Source: Bdellovibrionales bacterium (GTDB lineage Bacteria; Bdellovibrionota; Bdellovibrionia; Bdellovibrionales; JAUICD01). Taken from it: DNA of 64,000 nucleotides. Positions 53,323 to 63,341 of the stretch are shown piece by piece. Made by a program: the position numbers and the translations under genes. The number at the start of each line of letters is the position of its first letter. Position 1 is the first letter of the stretch. A model generated the notes under the pieces. It was not told where the DNA came from. It made no database searches and saw only the letters and a program-made list of their open reading frames with translations. The DNA lies in contig OZ253553.1 of the NCBI GenBank assembly GCA_965262715.1, positions 2,432,001-2,496,000 on the forward strand. The letters run 5' to 3'.

Positions 53323-54507
53323 TTAAGGTTTATCTACTGCAGGTTGATTGAGATGAACAGTTCTTGTAGGAAAAGCAAAGTTAATATTTAATTTCTCTGC
53401 AAGCTCAAGAATTTTTAAGTGAACATCTTGTTGAGAAGCCAGCTCCACGCCCCAATCAGGTACTTGAAAAAAGCAGTAAAGCATTATATCTAAACTAGAA
53501 TCTTTGTAATCTTTAAAGACCACATGAAAATTATCTTTGACGGTATGAGGGTGAGACTTAACAATTTGTTTTATGCCTTCTATAAAGCCTTTAATTTTTT
53601 GAGAAGGCGTATCATAAGTGAGCGAATAAAAAGCTTTCATTCTACGCAACTTACGCCTGCCCATATTATCTATATTTATAGCTGAAAGCTTTCCATTAGG
53701 AATGGTCACGACAGAATCATAAAAAGTTCTAATACGAGTAGAACGAAATCCAATATCTTCTATATTACCTTCTACATCACCGACGACCACCCAATCTCCT
53801 ACTCGGAATGGCTGATCTAGAAAAATCATAATAGAACCAAAAAAGTGAGCACACATGTCTTTTGCTGCCAAAGCAAATGCTAGTCCCCCAATCCCCAATC
53901 CTGCCATAACACTGACAACATTCACACCTAAATTCTGCAATGTCACAAGCACACCAAAAACAATTACCAATATTTTTAATAATCTTTTAAGGGTGGTTTC
54001 CATTTGCTGACTAAGAAGAAAATTTCTATCAGCCACCCATTCAGCAAGAAACTTTATAGCAACATCTATAAGTCTATAAAAACTAATAAAAACAGCAAAG
54101 CTCAAGAATATTTGAATGATGAATAAAAAGAATGTAAGAGCACTACTTTGAATATTAAAAAGATGAATCCAAACAAGCCAAAAAAGACATCCTAAAAGTA
54201 AGCGACTTGAGGGTTCTAATCTTTCAAAAATAAGATCATCCCATTTTGTTTTTGTTTTTTCAGTGAGTTTTTTAATATATTTTATAAGTACTTTGAGTAG
54301 GTATTTTATGAAAAAACGGTTAATGATTAAACCAAATAGCAACCCCAGCCATTTCCATATTTGTATTTGAAATAACTGAAAATCTAAAAACATCTGCATT
54401 TGACCTGCAAATAGCATATCTTCTAGAAATGTAAATCCTGTGGCTTGTGCATGAAGTGTGCAAAGGGTTAAAGTGAAAAAAAATATAATGTTCTGCTTAT
54501 TTTTCAT
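53323..54507 (-). CDS. MscS family mechanosensitive channel
   Basis: GLGIGGLAFALAAKD, PFRVGDW, GFRSTRIR, FAFPT. Confidence 0.93.
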   Translation of the reverse strand: MKNKQNIIFFFTLTLCTLHAQATGFTFLEDMLFAGQMQMFLDFQLFQIQIWKWLGLLFGLIINRFFIKYLLKVLIKYIKKLTEKTKTKWDDLIFERLEPSSRLLLGCLFWLVWIHLFNIQSSALTFFLFIIQIFLSFAVFISFYRLIDVAIKFLAEWVADRNFLLSQQMETTLKRLLKILVIVFGVLVTLQNLGVNVVSVMAGLGIGGLAFALAAKDMCAHFFGSIMIFLDQPFRVGDWVVVGDVEGNIEDIGFRSTRIRTFYDSVVTIPNGKLSAINIDNMGRRKLRRMKAFYSLTYDTPSQKIKGFIEGIKQIVKSHPHTVKDNFHVVFKDYKDSSLDIMLYCFFQVPDWGVELASQQDVHLKILELAEKLNINFAFPTRTVHLNQPAVDKP

Positions 54508-54681
54508 ATTTATATATATTAACAGATAATTTTTATTTATGTTGTGTAAATTTTGCCATTTAGCATGTAAAGTTTACATACTTTCTTTATATTAAACCTA
54601 ATAACATATAATTTCCTTGTTTTACAAGTCCCAGTTGGCCCTAATCATCTACCAAAATGAATTTCTTTTTATACATGGAAA

Positions 54682-54748
54682 GACCTTGTTGCACAAATAT
54701 TGATTCTATTACATTGGGTTACCATTAGCATTTTTGAGATGGCTTCTA
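54682..54748 (+). mobile_element. Minimal chimeric MITE remnant
   Basis: First ~45 bp match the 44175 element, joined directly to tttttgagatggcttcta. Confidence 0.75.
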
Positions 54749-54957
54749 AACATAATTGTTTCAAAAAGTGACAAAAATAGCAAATTTTTAACTAAAAACA
54801 ATAACCCTTGCGCAATTTACTAAAATCTGGTATTAAATCTAAGGAGAATGCGAAAAAATAAATGACAAAACGACTTTTATTAGAGATGATAGTTATATAA
54901 GCACATTTTCTTTGGCAAAAAGTTTCTTATAAATTTAATAAGTTCAAGGAGGGGTTT

Positions 54958-55443
54958 GTGAACCTTTTTTTAAAATCTCACTTAAATGACAATTATTTTA
55001 TGAAATCAGTAAAAACTTTTTACAAAACCTGTCGAAATCGTATAAAGCTCAATCAAAAAGGTATGACTCTTATAGAAATTATGATTGTACTTATAATTAT
55101 TGGAGGTTTGGCATCAGTTCTAGCTCCAAATGTTATGAGACAATTGAGAAGAGGAAATATTGATACTGCTAAAATTCAAATTAGAGAAATTGGCAAAGAG
55201 CTTGATCTATTCTATGCAGATTGTGGCTTTTATCCTGATAGTCTCGAAGCACTTATGGAAGCACCTGATAATTGCCCTTCATGGGGACCAGACCCTTACA
55301 TGAAAAAACTTCCAAAAGATCCTTGGAATTCCAATTATGTCTATGAATTAGAGGGTAGTGATTATGTTTTAACATCTGAAGGTGCTGATAAACGTCCGGG
55401 CGGAACAGGTTCCGATAAGGATATCTCTTCAGCAGACCTGTAA
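54958..55443 (+). CDS. gspG: T2SS major pseudopilin
   Basis: KGMTLIE, W.PDPY, PKDPW...Y, GAD...GG...D.DI. Confidence 0.93.
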   Translation: MNLFLKSHLNDNYFMKSVKTFYKTCRNRIKLNQKGMTLIEIMIVLIIIGGLASVLAPNVMRQLRRGNIDTAKIQIREIGKELDLFYADCGFYPDSLEALMEAPDNCPSWGPDPYMKKLPKDPWNSNYVYELEGSDYVLTSEGADKRPGGTGSDKDISSADL

Positions 55444-55508
55444 AAGCTAAGGGGAAACAAAAAACCAGCTTTTTAATCAAACAACCTTTTTTATAAAAGA
55501 GGTGCAAA

Positions 55509-56195
55509 ATGCTATATAAGCTCTTTTCTCCTCTAAGAAATTGTGTCTTTTTTAACCTGCTACCAACTTATAAAAGAAAGCCAAAAAGCGCATTTTGTAA
55601 AAAGAAGCAATTTGGATTCACTCTTATAGAAATTATGATTGCTTTAATACTTCTAGCAGGACTGACTGTCATTGCTCTACCTCGTATTGGCTCTCATACA
55701 AATGAATTGAAAGCTACAGTCAGAAAACTCACTGTCTTAGGTAAACAACTTCAAATCCACTCGAGGTTAGAACACAAAACCTTTAGGTTAGCATTTCATT
55801 TACATGAAAAGGAAGATCACAGCTTTTGGGTGGAAAGCGCATCAGGGTATGTCTCTGAAAGTGCAGAAGAAGAGGAAGACAACAACGAGGACGATGAAGA
55901 AAAAGAAGTTCAAACACTTAATACCTTTCAGATTGATGCAAGCATTTTAAGAGAACCTATTTCACTTCCTAAGCCTCTTTTATTTAGAGATATAGAAGTA
56001 GAAGATGCCATAAGCAAGGATGGTAAGGCCTACATACATTTTTTCCCACAGGGAATTATAGAAGAGGCGGCTATACATATTTCTAATGGAAAGAAAGGTG
56101 AGGCAGGCTGGACAATCACTTACAATAGCTTAACAGGCAAAGGGCATATTATTGACAAATACATACCATTAAAGAATTTAAGAGATAGACGATGA
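55509..56195 (+). CDS. gspH: T2SS minor pseudopilin H-like
   Basis: GFTLIE, I.FFPQG; gene order. Confidence 0.75.
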   Translation: MLYKLFSPLRNCVFFNLLPTYKRKPKSAFCKKKQFGFTLIEIMIALILLAGLTVIALPRIGSHTNELKATVRKLTVLGKQLQIHSRLEHKTFRLAFHLHEKEDHSFWVESASGYVSESAEEEEDNNEDDEEKEVQTLNTFQIDASILREPISLPKPLLFRDIEVEDAISKDGKAYIHFFPQGIIEEAAIHISNGKKGEAGWTITYNSLTGKGHIIDKYIPLKNLRDRR

Positions 56196-56722
56196 AGCAA
56201 AACTTATTTTCCAAATACTGCACTGGCTTCACCTTAATTGAAGTCTTAATTGCTATGATGATTTTAGCAGGAGCCATGGTTGCGCTGGCTGCTTCATGGA
56301 ATGGAAGTGTTATGGCCTACCGTAAAGGCAGACAAATCAATGTCATCACTCGCCTACTACAAAAACAAGCTACTGAAATGGAGCTTAGATTTAAAGGTGA
56401 AAGTCTAATCACTGATCAGGAACTTGACGGTGACTTTGGCAAAGATTACCCAAATTTATCATGGAAAACAGAAATTAAATCGCTAGAATTTCCAGATCTA
56501 ACACCTATTCTTGTTAATCAAGAAGGAGGAGTAGATCAAATCACATTAACTGTTATCCGGCAAATGTCCACTCAATTAAGCCAAGCTATAAAAGAGATGA
56601 AGGTTTCAGTGCTCTGGAAGTCTCAGGATAGAATAGCCACTTACAGCATCACAACCTACCTCATCTCATACAACCAACTAGGTCCGCCGGGAGCATCAGG
56701 GTCAGTTGGGGGTGGCCCATGA
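56192..56722 (+). CDS. gspI: T2SS minor pseudopilin I-like
   Basis: GFTLIEVLIA; gene order. Confidence 0.75.
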   Translation: MKQNLFSKYCTGFTLIEVLIAMMILAGAMVALAASWNGSVMAYRKGRQINVITRLLQKQATEMELRFKGESLITDQELDGDFGKDYPNLSWKTEIKSLEFPDLTPILVNQEGGVDQITLTVIRQMSTQLSQAIKEMKVSVLWKSQDRIATYSITTYLISYNQLGPPGASGSVGGGP

Positions 56723-57501
56723 GTTTACGTAACAAACGCTTTTCTATATTGTCAATGCTCACTGGCTTTACCTTAGTTGAAGTTTTAATTGCCATGATGA
56801 TTTTAGCTACATTATCTATATTAACAGCTCAGTCCATTTCAAGATCTATTAGAGATAAGGCAAGAATACAAACCAATATTGATACTGCATCTTCTTTAGA
56901 AACCACCTTTAAGATTATAGAAAGAGATATACAAATGACTTTTAATTTCAGAGATGTTCAATACGAAGTTGAAAATAGGACAAGACAAGGCAGACCAAAT
57001 ACACAAGCCTCATCCAATGCTCCAAACACTCCACCTCTTCGACCAAATCTTCCTAATCGGCCTATTCAAACAACACAATTTATTGGTAGTGAGGAAAAAA
57101 TAGACTTTGTCACCTTACTTCAAGGAAGAGGTTATGATACAGGCCTAGAAGGAGATCTTAAAGAGATAGGTTATTATTTAGAGCAATGCAGAACATTTGT
57201 AAACCCTAAAGAAAGTTCAAATTGTCTTTGGAGAAGAATATCTTCTTTTGTAGATGAGGATGTTGAAAGAGGAGGTAGCGCAAGAATCCTTTTAGAAAAT
57301 ATCAAGTCATTGGAATTTAAGTTTTACAATGCAAAACTCAAGTCTTGGACCCAAGAATGGAATTCAAAAACACAAAATGCCTTTCCTGAAGCTGTAGAAA
57401 TCACGTTAGAGGCAGACCCTAAAAAAAGGCCTCTGAAACTCCAATCGGTAATCCCTATAAGACATCCTAATAACTTTAATAAATCACCTGCTTCAAGATA
57501 G
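56719..57501 (+). CDS. gspJ: T2SS minor pseudopilin J-like
   Basis: GFTLVE, IERDI, W...W....P.AVEI. Confidence 0.8.
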   Translation: MSLRNKRFSILSMLTGFTLVEVLIAMMILATLSILTAQSISRSIRDKARIQTNIDTASSLETTFKIIERDIQMTFNFRDVQYEVENRTRQGRPNTQASSNAPNTPPLRPNLPNRPIQTTQFIGSEEKIDFVTLLQGRGYDTGLEGDLKEIGYYLEQCRTFVNPKESSNCLWRRISSFVDEDVERGGSARILLENIKSLEFKFYNAKLKSWTQEWNSKTQNAFPEAVEITLEADPKKRPLKLQSVIPIRHPNNFNKSPASR

Positions 57502-57515
57502 GAATTTATAAAACT

Positions 57516-58793
57516 ATGCAAAAACAACCTAGATTTAGAAATCACAGAAGAACAAGCTTAAAAAAACAACGTGGCGTTGCTTTATTGATTGCTCTTTTTG
57601 CGATCACTATGACCAGCTTTATTGCTGTTGAATTAAGTTATGATGTCAGTATTGAATATATTATTTCTAATAAAGAGTACCACAGGTTAAGAGCCTATTA
57701 TGCAGCCAAATCTGGTATAGAGATTTCTAGGTTTAGGCTCTATATTTATAAGCAAATTGTAAAACAATTCCAGAGTCAAATTGCAGGTAAACAGCAACTT
57801 GTCGACCTACTTTGGAATTTTCCCTTAATATGGCCTATTACTAGTGTTTTACCTGAGGATGTAGGACGTGTTGAAAGAGAATCAATGCAAAAAACTGTGG
57901 ATGCATCTTTGATGGGTTCTGCTCAGTATAACACACAAATATTAAGTGAAGGCTCAAAGATTGATATGAATGACTTAGGGTCTCCTGCGAAAGCATTAAA
58001 AGAGGTCACTCAAATGCGATTGATAAGTCTTTTTGCAACTAGCATACTTGAGAATGAAGATATTAAAAGAAGATTTGAAGACCTAGATTATCAAAGAATC
58101 ATTGCCAATATTACTGATTGGGTTGATGAAGACACAATATCTGAAGGAGGTAGTGGAGATGAAAGCTACCTTTATTCTGATGTGATAGCTCAAAATGATA
58201 TTCAAGGCCGTCTGCCTCCTAACCGCCCTTTTCGAACACTTCAAGAGTTAAATATGGTAAGCGGAATTTCTAATACAGTTTACAATTTTCTAGCGCCTCA
58301 TGTGACTATTTACGGGCAGAAAGGCATTAACCCTAATTACGCTGGGCCCCATTTGTTAAAGTCTTTATCTCCTAATATCACTGATGAAGTTATAGCTCAA
58401 ATAGAAGAGGCAAAGACTGATCCTTCTCAAGGTCTTTTTCAAAATGAGCAAGATTTTTATAACTTTCTAGAAAACTTCACAGATGTACAAGAAATCAAGC
58501 AACAAAACATACCTTTCTATTTTGGATCAGAACACAACTTTATGATCAAAAGTACAGGTATTTCAGGTAATGCCCAAAAAGATATCATAGTTATTGTATA
58601 TGATATAGATGCTGTGGTATCCAATCTGTCCAAATCACTAGCTGCAAATCAAAACACTAATCCTAACTCAAACCAAAATAATCCTACAACACCTCCAACG
58701 CCAACGCCAAATACTCCACCACCTAATAATACAACAAACAATACACAACCATCCTCAGGTCTTCCAACTATTGTTTACTGGTATGAACCCTGA
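57516..58793 (+). CDS. gspK: T2SS minor pseudopilin K
   Basis: RGVALL, KID.N.L, DWVDED, N.PF....EL, INPN.A. Confidence 0.88.
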   Translation: MQKQPRFRNHRRTSLKKQRGVALLIALFAITMTSFIAVELSYDVSIEYIISNKEYHRLRAYYAAKSGIEISRFRLYIYKQIVKQFQSQIAGKQQLVDLLWNFPLIWPITSVLPEDVGRVERESMQKTVDASLMGSAQYNTQILSEGSKIDMNDLGSPAKALKEVTQMRLISLFATSILENEDIKRRFEDLDYQRIIANITDWVDEDTISEGGSGDESYLYSDVIAQNDIQGRLPPNRPFRTLQELNMVSGISNTVYNFLAPHVTIYGQKGINPNYAGPHLLKSLSPNITDEVIAQIEEAKTDPSQGLFQNEQDFYNFLENFTDVQEIKQQNIPFYFGSEHNFMIKSTGISGNAQKDIIVIVYDIDAVVSNLSKSLAANQNTNPNSNQNNPTTPPTPTPNTPPPNNTTNNTQPSSGLPTIVYWYEP

Positions 58794-59005
58794 TATAATT
58801 TGGCTTTAGAGTCTTTTCACTATTCATCAATTGATATTATAAGCCATCTAGATAAAATAGGTATAAAATTTGACAGAAGCCAAATGTATAGAGATTCTTT
58901 AGCAGGGGCTGGCACTTATCAGAATCAAGTTTTAATACAAAAAACCATAGACCATCAACTGCGGAAAGTACAAAACAGATAAACTCTAAAATGACTTAAA
59001 TTATA

Positions 59006-59788
59006 TCAATCCTCATCCTCATGAGCTTGTCCAAAAAACAAACCGACGCCAAGTGTTGCATAAAAACCACTTAACTTAAGTGTTTTACTTTCATTACCAC
59101 TTTCTTCATCAGTACTTCTGTTTTCTAACACATCACTACCACATTCTTGACTATTCATTTTACATTTCAAATCACTGAATCCAGATAAATCATAACCAGC
59201 TTCTAATTTAACTATGAGATTATGAGTTATCTTATAACCAAGCTCTAATCCTAATTGACCACTGATTTGATTCCATAAAACTTGATTGCTAGTTAATTCA
59301 TAAGTTGTTCCACCATTATCTTCATTAGTATCAGTGTATCTCAAATATTTCCAAATATCTAGACCTAGTATAGGTCCTACAAAAAAATGATCAAAATGGA
59401 ATCTATAATTTACTAACAAGGCCATTCTATGATGGGTGAAGCTATACTTATCATCTTCGTCATCTTCACCTCTTTCACCACTACTATTTCCCTCAAAGTC
59501 TCTTTGACCTGTAAAGGCAAACCTATACCTAACACCTATACCAAGGCTGACATTGTTCATCATGAGTCTATACAATAAGTCTTCTCCGAGGTGAAAGGTC
59601 CTATTTTTTTGATCCACATCCCAACTTTGCCCTTCTGTTACCACTTCATCAAGGTTAATTGTACTGCCAAATTTCATCCCAAAATGACCTGAAATCTCCA
59701 TATTACCCCAGGCAAGACTGGTAAAATTTAAACTCACCAAAAAAACTGCTAAATAAACAATTTGTTTTATTTGATTGAAATGCAACAT
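59006..59788 (-). CDS. Outer-membrane beta-barrel-like protein, paralog 1
   Basis: Signal peptide, amphipathic strands, FYATLGVGLFFG; start set at the ATG with GGGAG RBS. Confidence 0.75.
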   Translation of the reverse strand: MLHFNQIKQIVYLAVFLVSLNFTSLAWGNMEISGHFGMKFGSTINLDEVVTEGQSWDVDQKNRTFHLGEDLLYRLMMNNVSLGIGVRYRFAFTGQRDFEGNSSGERGEDDEDDKYSFTHHRMALLVNYRFHFDHFFVGPILGLDIWKYLRYTDTNEDNGGTTYELTSNQVLWNQISGQLGLELGYKITHNLIVKLEAGYDLSGFSDLKCKMNSQECGSDVLENRSTDEESGNESKTLKLSGFYATLGVGLFFGQAHEDED

Positions 59789-59984
59789 AATAGACTCCCT
59801 CAATGATTTTTGGTTATTTGTGTGTTTTAATAGCCTTTTATTTATTTTAGTAATACAAAATTGCATTATCAACCTTTAATTTTATTACCTCACTAGACTT
59901 TGTCAAATAAAGCTTTTTATAAACAAAATATGCAAGTTGTCCCCTCTAATAGACCCAAAATAAAAAAAACTCTTTTTTACAAAG

Positions 59985-60303
59985 AGCCTTTTTATCTAAA
60001 GAATTTAGAACTCATCTCAAAATTGCTTCCTGTGCTCACGTTTTCAAAACAACCTCTTAATTTAGTACCACATAAAAGGACTGTCTCACTCAAAATGGAC
60101 CCTTCCGGCTTTCCGTAGAACCACTATCGTGGCTCTCGTCAAGTCCGTCCATTTTGAGTAAGAAGCCATCTTCAGTTATATTATGTTTTATATTTTGCAA
60201 TTTCGTATTATTTACTGCTATCATGCATTTTTGAGATAGCTTCTAATTAGATAACATGAATTATGGCTTATCCAAAGAACCAACCAATACCAAGTGTTAC
60301 ATA
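59985..60303. repeat. 319-bp direct repeat, copy 1 (MITE 60006-60245 plus the 3' end of the barrel gene)
   Basis: Matches 61008-61326 at offset 1023; two mismatches seen. Confidence 0.95.
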
Positions 60304-60312
60304 AAAGGATCA

Positions 60313-60738
60313 CTAAGCGACTTGTTTGATAGAAACTTCAAAATCTAGAAGCTCTGAAAGTTTTGTAAGAGTTTTAAATGTTGGATTGGATATTCCAGGT
60401 CTTTCAAGCTTTTGAAGTTGCTGTGTGGTCATTTTGAGTTTCTGAGCAACTTGACGCTGTGTAAAGCCTTTTTGTAATCTTGCCTGTTTAATAAGAATTG
60501 CAATAGCTATATGAGGATAAGGCTCTACTATAATAAAGTTTTTACCACGTCTTTTTTTAGGTACAGGTAGTTGCCATTTTGGAGATTGAGCTTCTTCAAG
60601 ATACAAACTTAAAGCTTCTTTTGCATTCTGTAAGAATGCTTTTCTTGTTTCACCTTGTGTAAAACACCCAGGAATATCTGGAAATTCTCCCCAAAACAAG
60701 CCTTTTTCCTTATGAAACTTAATTTGATAACCAATCAC
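60313..60738 (-). CDS. hicB: HicB antitoxin with C-terminal HTH
   Basis: FPDIPGCFTQGET...NAKEAL plus XRE-type HTH. Confidence 0.93.
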   Translation of the reverse strand: MIGYQIKFHKEKGLFWGEFPDIPGCFTQGETRKAFLQNAKEALSLYLEEAQSPKWQLPVPKKRRGKNFIIVEPYPHIAIAILIKQARLQKGFTQRQVAQKLKMTTQQLQKLERPGISNPTFKTLTKLSELLDFEVSIKQVA

Positions 60739-60929
60739 ATTAATTTTTCTCCAGTTTGTTTTTCTATAGATTTTATTAGACCTTTTCCTAAATCCTTATT
60801 CCCATGTATAGGGATTACAATAGGTGCCTGTTTGTCTTTCTTAAGTTTAATGTGAGAACCTTTTTGAGAAACCTCTATCCAGCCATATTTTTTCAACATC
60901 TTCACTACTTTCTTACCAGAAACAGGCAT
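60735..60929 (-). CDS. hicA: HicA mRNA interferase toxin
   Basis: L...GW....QKGSH, IPIHGNKDL.KG...SI.KQ. Confidence 0.93.
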   Translation of the reverse strand: MPVSGKKVVKMLKKYGWIEVSQKGSHIKLKKDKQAPIVIPIHGNKDLGKGLIKSIEKQTGEKLM

Positions 60930-61007
60930 ATTTTAATCATGCAACATTTATGCTAAAAAATCAAGAACAAAGCCAAAACATAAACCTCAAATAAAAAATT
61001 GATAAAA

Positions 61008-61326
61008 AGCCTTTTTATCTAAAGAATTTAGAACTCATCTCAAAATTGCTTCCTGTGCTCACGTTTTCAAAACAACCTCTTAATTTAGTACCACATAAAA
61101 GGACTGTCTCACTCAAAATGGACCCTTCCGGCTTTCCGTAGAACCACTATCGTGGCTCTCGTCAAGTCCGTCCATTTTGAGTAAGAACCCATCTTCAGTT
61201 ATATTATGTTTTATATTTCGCAATTTCGTATTATTTACTGCTATCATGCATTTTTGAGATAGCTTCTAATTAGATAACATGAATTATGGCTTATCCAAAG
61301 AACCAACCAATACCAAGTGTTACATA
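61008..61326. repeat. 319-bp direct repeat, copy 2 (MITE 61029-61268)
   Basis: TA|gaactcatctcaaaa...ttttgagatagcttc|TA ends; internal stem actcaaaatggac / gtccattttgagt. Confidence 0.95.
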
Positions 61327-62074
61327 TAAAGCATCAAACCTAAATGTATTTGCACTCTTAGCATCTTCCATCTCTAATGGATTACTAGGCCCAATACAAT
61401 TTGTCAGAGTACTATTGCCTCCAATCGACATCTTACATTTTAAATTACTAAATCGAGATAAATCATAGCCAATTTCTAACTTAGCGAAAAGCTTCTCATT
61501 TATTTTATAACCACCTTCTACACCTAGCTGACCAGTAATTTGATTCCATAAAAATTGATTGCTAGTGAGTTCATAAGAGCTACTACCATATAGATTTATT
61601 GCAGAAAACTTTAAACGTTTCCAAATATCTAAACCTAATACAGGCCCTACAAAAAATTGATCTATATGAAATCTGTAATTAGCTAATAGGGCAACACGGT
61701 TATGAGTGAATTTATATTTGTCACTCTGATTGTTTCCTATATTAGCCGCACCTGTTCCATCAAAGTCCCTCTCTCCTGTAAAAGTAAGCCGATATCTTAA
61801 ACCTAAAGCAAGACTTGTATTATTCACGATTATATCTTTGATTACATTCTTATAAATAACATCTAGTCCCAAATGAAATGATCGATTTGTTTGATTTCTA
61901 CCTAAGGACTCATTTTGATAACTTCTTGTTATCTCTCGAAGGTTTAACCTGCTGCCAAATTTCATCCCAAGATGAGTAGAAACCTCAGTATTATCCAAAG
62001 CAAAGCTAGGAGAACTTAACCAAAAAAAAAACTGTTAAGTAAATAAGCTTTTTTATTTGACTTAAACCTAACAT
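61291..62074 (-). pseudogene. Outer-membrane barrel paralog 2, frameshifted in a T10 tract within the signal peptide (ORF track 61291..61998)
   Basis: ATG 62074 MLGLSQIKK matches the paralog 3 start MLGLNQMKK; A10 at 62022-62031 breaks the frame. Confidence 0.8.
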
Positions 62075-62286
62075 ATAAATACCCCTATAAATTAAAACAA
62101 CTCTTTACCACTATATGCGCATTAAAGACTTTTACGAATAAACTCATCTCAATACTTTGTTATTTTAAGAAGATTGTACTACTAAATACTTACTTTATCC
62201 CTTCATTAAGTTTTGTCAAATAAAGGCACTCGAGAAAAAGAAAGTCATAATAAAAAATTACCATATTATACAAGCAACCTAAAAAT

Positions 62287-62316
62287 AAAAAGGCTCTAAT
62301 TAAAGAGCCTTTTTTT
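62287..62316 (-). terminator. Intrinsic terminator after paralog 3
   Basis: aaaaaggctct-aattaa-agagccttttt. Confidence 0.7.
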
Positions 62317-62345
62317 ATTATAAAATTAATTACACAAGTTATGAC

Positions 62346-63137
62346 TTATCCAAAAAACCAACCTATACCAAGTGTTGCATAAAAACCACTTAACTTAAAT
62401 GCATTCCTGCTTTCATCACCTTCCATTTCTAAAGGATGACTAGTGCCGCCAGGACATTCTGTCAGAGCACCATTGCCTGTCGCTGCCTTACATTTTAAAT
62501 CACTAAATGAAGATAAATCATAGCCAATTTCTAACTTAGCAAGAAGATTGTCAGTGACTTTATAACCAAGCTCTAAACCTGCTTGACCAGTGATTTGATT
62601 CCATAAAAATTGACTGCTAGTGAGTTCATAAGAGTTCCCATTACCAACAACACCTAGATTTGTTACAGAAAACTTTAAATGTTTCCAAATATCTAGACCT
62701 AAAACAGGTCCTACAAAAAATTGACCCATATGAAATCTGTAATTAACTAATAGGGCAACACGGTTATGAGTGAATTTATATTTGTCATTCTCATCCTCTC
62801 TTATACCACCAGTATCTTCTGAGCTTGTCGCATCAAAATCTCTCTCTCCTGTAAGCGCAAAGCGGTACCGTAAACCTACACCAAAGCTACCCGTATCATT
62901 CATCATGTGCCTATAAATGGCATCTAATCCAAAATGAAATGGCATATTTTTTTGATCTATGCCTAGGGTATTATCTTGAATCTCTGTTGTTATTTCCTGA
63001 AGATTCAGTTTACTGCCAAATTTCATCCCAAAATGAGCTGAAATCTCGGCATTGCCCTGAGCAAAGTTAGTAAAACTTAAACTTACAAGAAAAACGGCTA
63101 AATACATAAATTTTTTCATTTGATTTAAACCTAACAT
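62346..63137 (-). CDS. Outer-membrane beta-barrel-like protein, paralog 3
   Basis: GGAGG RBS, signal peptide, terminal FYATLGIGWFFG. Confidence 0.8.
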   Translation of the reverse strand: MLGLNQMKKFMYLAVFLVSLSFTNFAQGNAEISAHFGMKFGSKLNLQEITTEIQDNTLGIDQKNMPFHFGLDAIYRHMMNDTGSFGVGLRYRFALTGERDFDATSSEDTGGIREDENDKYKFTHNRVALLVNYRFHMGQFFVGPVLGLDIWKHLKFSVTNLGVVGNGNSYELTSSQFLWNQITGQAGLELGYKVTDNLLAKLEIGYDLSSFSDLKCKAATGNGALTECPGGTSHPLEMEGDESRNAFKLSGFYATLGIGWFFG

Positions 63138-63341
63138 AATAAATACCTCCTAAAATTAAAGTAATTTTTTATTACTCTGTGTACATGCATCACTTTTGTC
63201 AACATATATCATATATAATGATGCCTTTATTTATCTTATCTTAATTATATTATCTTAAGTCAATAGAATATCTGTTATCAATTTATTTCGAGTTTTCTGT
63301 TTTTTTTAGTTAGAAAGTTGTTTTTTTGAATCTTTGCTGTG

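Noticed and set aside
59985..61326. DGR TR/VR pair or prophage att sites
   Set aside because: The two mismatches are G/C and T/C, too few to show adenine-specific mutagenesis; no RT, integrase or phage genes.
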